Shown here one piece after another: positions 51,801-60,400 of a stretch of DNA of 64,000 bases. The first letter of the stretch is position 1. Each line of letters starts with the position of its first letter. The DNA lies in contig CM097885.1 in assembly GCA_044892525.1 (NCBI GenBank), forward strand, positions 61,194,001 through 61,258,000, in the 5' to 3' direction. Both the position numbers and the translations under genes were made by a program. This DNA comes from Schmidtea polychroa (Eukaryota). Under the pieces are notes generated by a model, which saw only the letters and a list, made by a program, of their open reading frames with translations, was not told where the DNA came from and did no database searches.

Positions 51801-54336
51801 ATAAGGGCGAACCCATAGCCACTCCATCAATTTGTTCATATATATATATACACTAGAGCCTCGAGTTGCGTCGTCAATGCGTTCCAATAAATCGCGACGC
51901 ATCTCGAAACAACGCAATTCGAATTTTAATTTTGTATACATTTGTATTTGTTTTTATATAATAGGTTCCGATAAAATCTGAAATCCATGTTTTTAAAAAA
52001 AAATTAGTTATATTGCTACATATTTAAATAAAAAATAGGTATGAATTGATTAACTATTATTTAATAAGTTTTATTAAACCAAAAACTAATGCAAACATTA
52101 ATAGAATTTTAAAATAATGTAAAATAATGAAGCAACATAAATTTATAGAATTTATTCAGATTCTTATTCATACGTTGGTTCAGGATTTGGCGTTTGCTCT
52201 TCTTTTGGTTGTTTTATTATAAAATTATTCAGAGTTATTTGAACTGCTTTTTGTTTTTTATCCAAATAAATTTTTTTATAACAGCTGATGGAGGCCTCTA
52301 CAGCTTGAGTAACCTTTGTACTTTGATCAGTATCTGGATCTTCTGCAACAAATATTTCTAATGCCTCAGATATTAATTTAATTGCTTTCCCCATACCCTT
52401 TGTTGTTAATTGTTTCACTTCTGGTACTTCTACGGAATTGTCGTCATTCTCATAAATATTTTGAGCCATTTCAATTAAATCTGCGGTACTAACATCAAAA
52501 TCCTCTTCTACGTTTAAAATTTCATCGAAATCGGCCTCGTCCAATCCTTCGAAATGAGCTTCTTGGGCTAAGTTAACTATTTCTGCCCGAACAAATGGCA
52601 CATCGTCAACTTCCGTAAAAGTTGCTGTACATTCTGGCCATATTTTTTGCCATACACCATTCATACAAGAGGATTTTACTTCTGCCCAAGAATCACCAAT
52701 ATTTTTAACAGCTTTCAATACATTGTAGTTTTTCCAAAATACAGCCATAGAAGTTTCTTCATTTGCATCGGCAGCATGCAGTAGCTGTTTAAATGTCCAG
52801 CGAATATAGTATGACTTAAAATTTGAGATTACTCCTTGATCCGTTGGTTGAATAAGTGAAGTTGTGCTTGGAGGCATAAATAAAAATTTTACATTATCTG
52901 ATAGATCATCTATATATGTTGGATGTCCTGGTGCATTATCCAGTAGTACCAATATTTTAAAAGTTAAATTTTCCCGTTTGCAATAGTTTTTGAACTCAGG
53001 AATGGCGCATTTGACCAACCAATCAACAAACAAAGAAACAGTGACCCAAGCTTTTTTATTAGATCGCCAATGCACATGAAGATTTCTTTTATCAACACCT
53101 TTTAGAGCTCTAGGATTCTCAGCCTGATAAACTAACAATGGTTTTAGTTTGAAGTCACCATTGGCATTGCCTCCAAGAAGTATAGTTAGGCGATCTTTAC
53201 TTACTTTAAAACCAGGTGCAGAAGATTCTGTTTTCGCTATATAGGTTCTTTTCGGCAGACGTTTCCAAAACAAACCTGTTTCATCAATATTAAACACCTG
53301 TTTAGAACTGTAGCCACCTTCCTGTATAACAGCCTTCAATATTTTATTAAAATCATTTGCTGCTGTGAGATCTGCACTAGCTGCCTCACCTTTCAAATAA
53401 ATGTTGTGCAGATTTCCGCGAAATTTAAAACGCTCAAACCATCCACCACTAGCGTTAAATTGTTCATAAATTGCTTTATTGGATATTGGAAGTTTTTCTT
53501 GCAGATCATCGTAAATAGATTTGGCTTTGGCTTGAATAACCATTTTGCTCAGCGGTATACTTTTTTGAGTTTGATGTTCAATCCAAATTAAAAGTAGAGA
53601 TTCCATTTTAACTATTAATGCAATTCGATTTATAACAGTACTTTTTAATTGGGAATCTGTTGCTGCTTCATATAATGTTTTGATTTGTTTTGCATCGCGA
53701 TTGCAGATAGTTCTTACTGTTTTTGGAGCTAGCCCGAGAGCTCTGCCAATGAAAACCGCTTTTTCTCCCGCTTGGAAACGTAAAATATCATGTTTTACGT
53801 CCAAAGATATTACTTTTTTATTTCTTTTCGTAGATTTTTTACCATTTTCATCTGACGATCGTTTACGATTCATAATTCTATTCTACAATAGGGCAATAAA
53901 AAATATTTCAAAAAATCAATTACAAACCAAAAAAATAATAAAAAACAATAAACAAAATGTAATACCTTTGAGAAATGTATATATATTGTAATTGAGTTTT
54001 TAGAATTTAAAACAATTATTATTAAAAAAGCAAGAAACACTTAAACGTTATAAGTTATGCAAACAACTAAGAACTAGACTTTTATACTAATAAATACACA
54101 ATAAAAAATTATTTCATTTGCAGCTGCATTTAAAAATAAATCATGGCATTCTAGTTTCGGTTTAAAGTTTAATTTTTGAATATAGACGTTATGCTATTTT
54201 TTGATTAAATTTTATTTTAAAACTTTTTTTCGACGCATTTCGAAAATTAGCAACGCAACTCAAAATTAGGGTATCGAAAATTTTTTTGGCGCAACTCGAA
54301 AGGACGCAAGTTGGGACAACGCAACTCGAGGCTCTA

Positions 54337-54370
<34 letters not shown>

Positions 54371-57300
54371 TCTTTTGTTTAGTTTTGCAATTAAACAATT
54401 TACGTTTTGGGCACCTCCAACAAATTGAGTCTTTTTTAACTTTATGTCTCCAAAATTCAAAATTTTTATGAACTAATGAATTCTGCATCCTTTTTGTTAT
54501 TCCTGTAATTAGCTCCATTTTTATTAAGAATTTGTTAACAGTTTTAAAAAAACTGTTGGTTTTGAAAATATACTATTTAACTATTTGGTGTTAACATGAC
54601 AAAAATAAAATAAATAATGTAGAACTTTTCATTAAATAAAACATTTGATAGTTTAATAATTAATTTTAAGATTTAATAATTCTTAAAGAATTATAAATTA
54701 AGAGAAAAATGGTTATATTTTTTGGTATAAAATTCTTAATTTTCTGCAAATATTGGCTTTTCAAATTTAAAATATATTTAAAAACTATTTAAAAAAATTT
54801 GGAGGATCAAACGTCGTAGGGATCAAACATCGGCGAATCAAAAGTCGGAGGGATCAAGCGTTATGGCATCTCAATAAATATACTTACATCATCAATAGTT
54901 ATTTTCTTAAATGTTTTAATTTAATTTGATTTAAAACATTATTAATTTAATGTCATCCTCATATCCTCAGGGATGTAACATTTACCGCCCCCCCCCAAAT
55001 AAATTATAGATTATCGAATATAAATTATGGATGAAATATTTTAATAAAACTTTATTTTGGTTTTGTTGTGAGAATTGAATGAGAATAAAAAAACTAAAGA
55101 AAATGGACGAAGAACTTCAAAATTTTAACAATCTAATTGATTTCTATCAAAAAGATATTGATTGTAACAGAAAAACTCTCGAATATGAGTTTAAGCTGTG
55201 GTACAAAAAAATTTGAAGAAATTAAAATCAAACCGACTACTGCAATATGTGATCCAATTTTTTATAAATATATTTATATTCCTATCACAATATTTGCCAC
55301 TTTGCTGGTATTAACTTGTATCATGGATGACAAAAGGTTAAACGGTTTGGCTTTGTTATATATTCATCAAGACATTAAAATAATTCCGGATGAAATACTT
55401 TCTGAATTAATGAAGGGATAAAGACGAATTAATATTATATTGTAATATATTCTATGTAATATACATTGTTAATAATTAATAATAAATTTGTTAATTATCT
55501 TAAAATATTTTTTCAATTTTTCCGTGTCAACTTTTAACATTGCTCGATGAATTGCAATAATTAATAATTTTGCCCTCCCCAAGCTAAAGTCCTGGCTACG
55601 TCCCTGCGTATACTCACGATTATCATTTAACAACAAAAAATTATTTTTATTTTCAAACAACAGTGTAAAAAAATTTATTTGATTTACTTTTATTTAAAAA
55701 AATTTATTTTGTCTCAGTAAATTTGGGAGTTCATTGTGAACCAATGTTTTCTATAGTCGATAACTAAATAATGATAATAGAAAACATGTAAATAGATCAC
55801 AAGTGAAAACAAGATAAATAATTTTACAGTATATTTAGATCAAATTTTAGACAAACTTCAATGAAATAATGAATATTTATTTTGAAATTTTGGAAGTATA
55901 GGTAATTAAAATGTTATAATCAAATCTACATCTTTAGGAAACAACAAATGCCACTAACCAAAGGCGGCAGTATCAATTCTTGCGGATTTTTTGATTGACT
56001 TCCCATAATATTTGTAATGATTTCCTCGCAGACTGAAAATTCCATTTCTTTTGAATTCAGGACTCGATTGCTTTCAAAGCATTTATCAATTATGGGAATA
56101 TTTTCATCTTTATTGTTTTCACAGATTGGCTTGTTAACGACACCAAAAACATTGTATTTTATATTGTTAATGAAACCATCTGATTCAGAGCTATTGACAA
56201 TATGATGATATACCAAAAGAGATTTGGCAGCATAAATTGATGGATGATTGTTGATATCAGGATACAAATAAACACGGTTTAGATTAACACCCCTTGTNNN
56301 NNNNNNNNNNNNNNNNNNNNNNNNNNNNNNNNNNNNNNNNNNNNNNNNNNNNNNNNNNNNNNNNNNNNNNNNNNNNNNNNNNNNNNNNNNNNNNNNNNNN
56401 NNNNNNNNNNNNNNNNNNNNNNNNNNNNNNNNNNNNNNNCCAGAAGAAGAATTTCAAAAATGCATTTATTGACGACTTTTGAAACATAATCCAACACAAC
56501 TGTTATCATTTCAAGAACATCACTAGTTACATTTATCACCGGAGACAAATCAGGTTTCATATACACGTGCCTTTCTTTATTTCGTGATCTTTCTTTCATT
56601 AAACCCAAATCGTATCTTTCAGATTCATGAGCGATTCTTTGTACTTCAATAGGGACAAACATAGCTCCATTACTTTTAGTTTTGTCCAATAGTTCATATT
56701 TCATATCACATAAATAATCTTCATTTTGCTTTCCAATCGAAATATTACTTTGATCTTTGCTTTGTGAATTTGTAGACTTATCTTTCATTGTGATATTAGG
56801 CAGTGGGATGTTTATTGAATACTTGGATAACGGCTCTGATTCTTTAAGATTTTCTAAATCTTGGATAATACTAGAAAATGTACAAGAGTTTTTCATTTTG
56901 AAATTGTCAGATTTGGGAAAATCAAATGAACGAAACTTGTTATTGAGCATATTTTGAATTTCTACTTTATATTTGTAAGAATATACATCATCATCATGTA
57001 TCAATTCATTTCCAATGATACGAGAAATTACGTCAGACCTTCTTTCAAATGCATCAGTTATGGAGAATAGAGCCACTGGATGAATATTAATTTCAACGAC
57101 ACCTTCCATTTTTTTCTCCATTTTAAAAAACCACCAAAAATCTGCTGGTAAAACAAACTCTAAAAAACTCTTTAAAAAAATCAATTTACAAAAAATCAAA
57201 AATAACTTTTGAATAAAATTCGAATATTCCAATTCTTCGCGTCTGTGTGCGCAGATCAATTTGAAAACAATTCCGCACACAGACGCGACAAAAACCAAAA

Positions 57301-57397
57301 CAAAAACTGCCAGTCAGAGGTAGACGTCAGTCTCCCCTCTGACTGGTCGAAAAAATTATTATTATTATCATTATTATTATTATTATTATTATTTTCA

Positions 57398-57428
<31 letters not shown>

Positions 57429-60400
57429 AATTATTATTATAGTAATTCCAAATTCACCTACCAACAAATTGTAAAAAATGAATATTGTAAATTTTACGGA
57501 AAATCAATAAAATTAAATATTTAAACAAAAACTACCGGTAATGTCCATGATACACGCCATCGGGGTTGAGCAAAGGAATAAGTTTAAAGATAAATTGTTT
57601 CCTTAATTGAATGGATCGAATATCGTCTTCTCGCAATATGAATTCCAGAAAGCCATTAAAAACATGACTCGCTGGAGTTTCGCCAGGATGAACTCGAGAA
57701 GTAACAATGAATACCTAATTCACGATAAAAACTATTAAAAATTTCACATAAACTCCTGTGGCAGTAATTAGAATAAAATTTACAATAACAAACCTTTTTA
57801 TTTTTAAATTTCCAAGGTCTGCATTTATTGCCTGGAAATAATTTTTCGTCAAATATATCCTCGCGTTCATTTGTCAAACCATGCAAATCAGAAATTGTCA
57901 ACAAATCTATTCGTCGACCATCAAGAGATTTTGTCAACAATTCTCGATTATAGTATATACTACTTGGCTCCATATTATGTAAGTGATCGAAATCGGTTGA
58001 TCTTACAACAGAAAATCTGGTATCCAGATCTTCCAACTGTTTCTGGCAGTCTGTATAGGACCAGGGATAACAAAACGCAAAATATGTTGTGGAATTTTTG
58101 ATTTCGGAAAATCTGTGCATAAATGTTAATTGGAAATTGTTATCACTTGTTTCCCACGTTGGACGAAATCGGATTCTATACCATCTAAATCAAATGTAAT
58201 TTTATAAAAGTTTTACCATTTTTCATTTTTTAAAACGTTGCTTACTTGTGAGATAATTTAAAATTAAAAAAACTAAAGTTTATAACTAAGAATTCAGTAT
58301 TTTAAACAATTAGCAAGTAATATTAAGGAAACGTCAAAAATAAAAACTTTAATTAATGATAGAAAACTTAAATGAAATAATAACTTTCGGTAAAAAAAAG
58401 TAGTGAGGCGTTTGCGTTTTTGCCGCCTTTAGGTAATACATACTGATGCACCCAATTTTTATTAAGAAAATTAAAAATATATAATTATAATAAAAATAAA
58501 TTTTAATAACAATTTATTTAATAGCAAACAAATATATAGGGTTGCCAGATTTTCACCGAGACAAACCGGGACGTCTGGCAACCCTAGTAACTATATAAAA
58601 ATAAAAATAATAAACCAAGTATAAATATAAAAATCAATAAACTCACATATTTTAAAATAATTTAATAGCTTTAAATATTGTAAATAAAAAAGTAACTTTC
58701 CCACGACGGCCACAGATTAAATTAAACAAAAACAAAACTTAACCATCTGTCATTCATAACAAAAACAAACTACCCAACAGGAAAAGTTTCATATTAAAAC
58801 CCATCGAACAAGAAAGCTAATTCGAAAAATAGAAAAAGTGTGATAAATAAACGAAACTTTGGATGCAGTTGTCCTCCAAAATTTTTAATTTTGTTTGCAA
58901 TATTGCAATGCAAAAAAACCAGGACAATTGAGCGTCCCGAAGACCTCTTTCGGGAGACCGGGACAATGATCTCAAAACCGGGACAATCCCGGAAAACCGG
59001 GACGTCTGGCAACCCTAAATATATTATTGTTCAAATTTCTTTTAAATACAAATTACAATAAAAAGCACTTCAAAAAATTGTTCTATATTGTATAAAAATA
59101 ATAACTTTAAGTTTGGAATAAAAACAGTTAAAGAAAATAGTTATTGTGATTTAAATTGTTCAAACATGAAATTGCAATTGTGTGAAATTCTTAAATTGCT
59201 CTCTCGTAATAAAAAATAAATCCCGCAAAGAAATTGCTGAAACAAAAGTAACTCAATTTCACACGTTCCTAGGGATATTGTGGAAATCAAATTTAATTCA
59301 ACATTGTGCACAATGAATACGAGCAATATACTTTCCATTAGAACGCGTTTATGCAACATAAATACGCGCAATATATGTTCTCTTGAATACTTTTTTGAAT
59401 CAAGAATTAAAAAAAGTAATGAAATTATTTTTTAATGTATATTTTTGATTATAATTAATAATAGATTTTAATGTTTTGATTTTTTGTACAAAATCTTGCA
59501 AACTTTGCAAACTTGAACCACACCATTTTGAATGGCTTTCGTAGATAATTGCCTATATAAGTAAATACACCCATGGTTTAAGGATATTCTTCCGTGACGC
59601 TCATGTATACCAATTAACAATATATTAAATATGAAAATAGTTGATCCAATTGCGGCTTCAGAATTTAATCAGTATAATTTCAATAAAACTAAATTTTAAT
59701 TAAATTACTTATCTTGAAAAATAAGATTAACTCTCTTCAGAATTTAATCAGTATAATTTCAATAAAACTAAATTTTAATTAAATTACTTATCTTGAAAAA
59801 TAAGATTAACTCTCTTCAGAATTTAATCAGTATAATTTCAATAAAACTAAATTTTAATTAAATTACTTAATTTGAAAAATAAGATTAACTCTCATTGATA
59901 GAGATTTAATAAAATTCATCTTTTAAAAGTATTTTAAAAACAAAAGCCTTAAATGTTATTTTTAAATATCGAATTGTTTTAATTAATACTTATACTCAAT
60001 AATACTGAAATCATTTCACATTTTAGACAGGTTGATAAAGATAGTAAATAAAAGTATATAGGTAGCATAGAATTGACCTAAAAGATGTGTTAGTGAAACT
60101 GGCATTGTATTGAAAAATTGTAACCAAGTAACGCATAAAAAGAAAAATTTACAGAGATTTACACTTTGGACATTGAATAGATTGCTAAATTTACTTTAAT
60201 TCACAGCTGACCTACCAGTCAATGTCTATAATACTTCGAGTACTATTTGTAGATTTAAATGATTTAAATTTTTTGGTTTTAGAATATTTAAAATATTAAT
60301 AAAATTATAAAGAATTTTTATTTATTTTCGACAACAGGAATATAAATACAACAAACTATATCTTTATACCTATCAAATTATATTTTTTTATTTTAATCCA

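Larger units (their letters stand above)
51135..54866 (-). mobile_element. Probable MULE shell containing the Penelope fragment and the Tigger
   Basis: Inverted 21-mers at 51171-51191 and 54819-54839 (19/21 match). FLYWCH-like [31 protein letters not shown] at about 54370-54518. No TSD found. Confidence 0.4.

Noticed and set aside
56279-57298. 339-aa ORF fusing the eIF3F-like sequence to GVLI across the gap, with a hydrophobic N-extension
   Set aside because: The frame across Ns is arbitrary. The N-extension is T-rich promoter sequence and homology starts at the ATG at 57121/57109.
57656-57793. C-terminal part of the 154-aa ORF 57656-58120
   Set aside because: It is read-through of the 79-nt intron 2; the conserved RVHPGE exon is in another frame.
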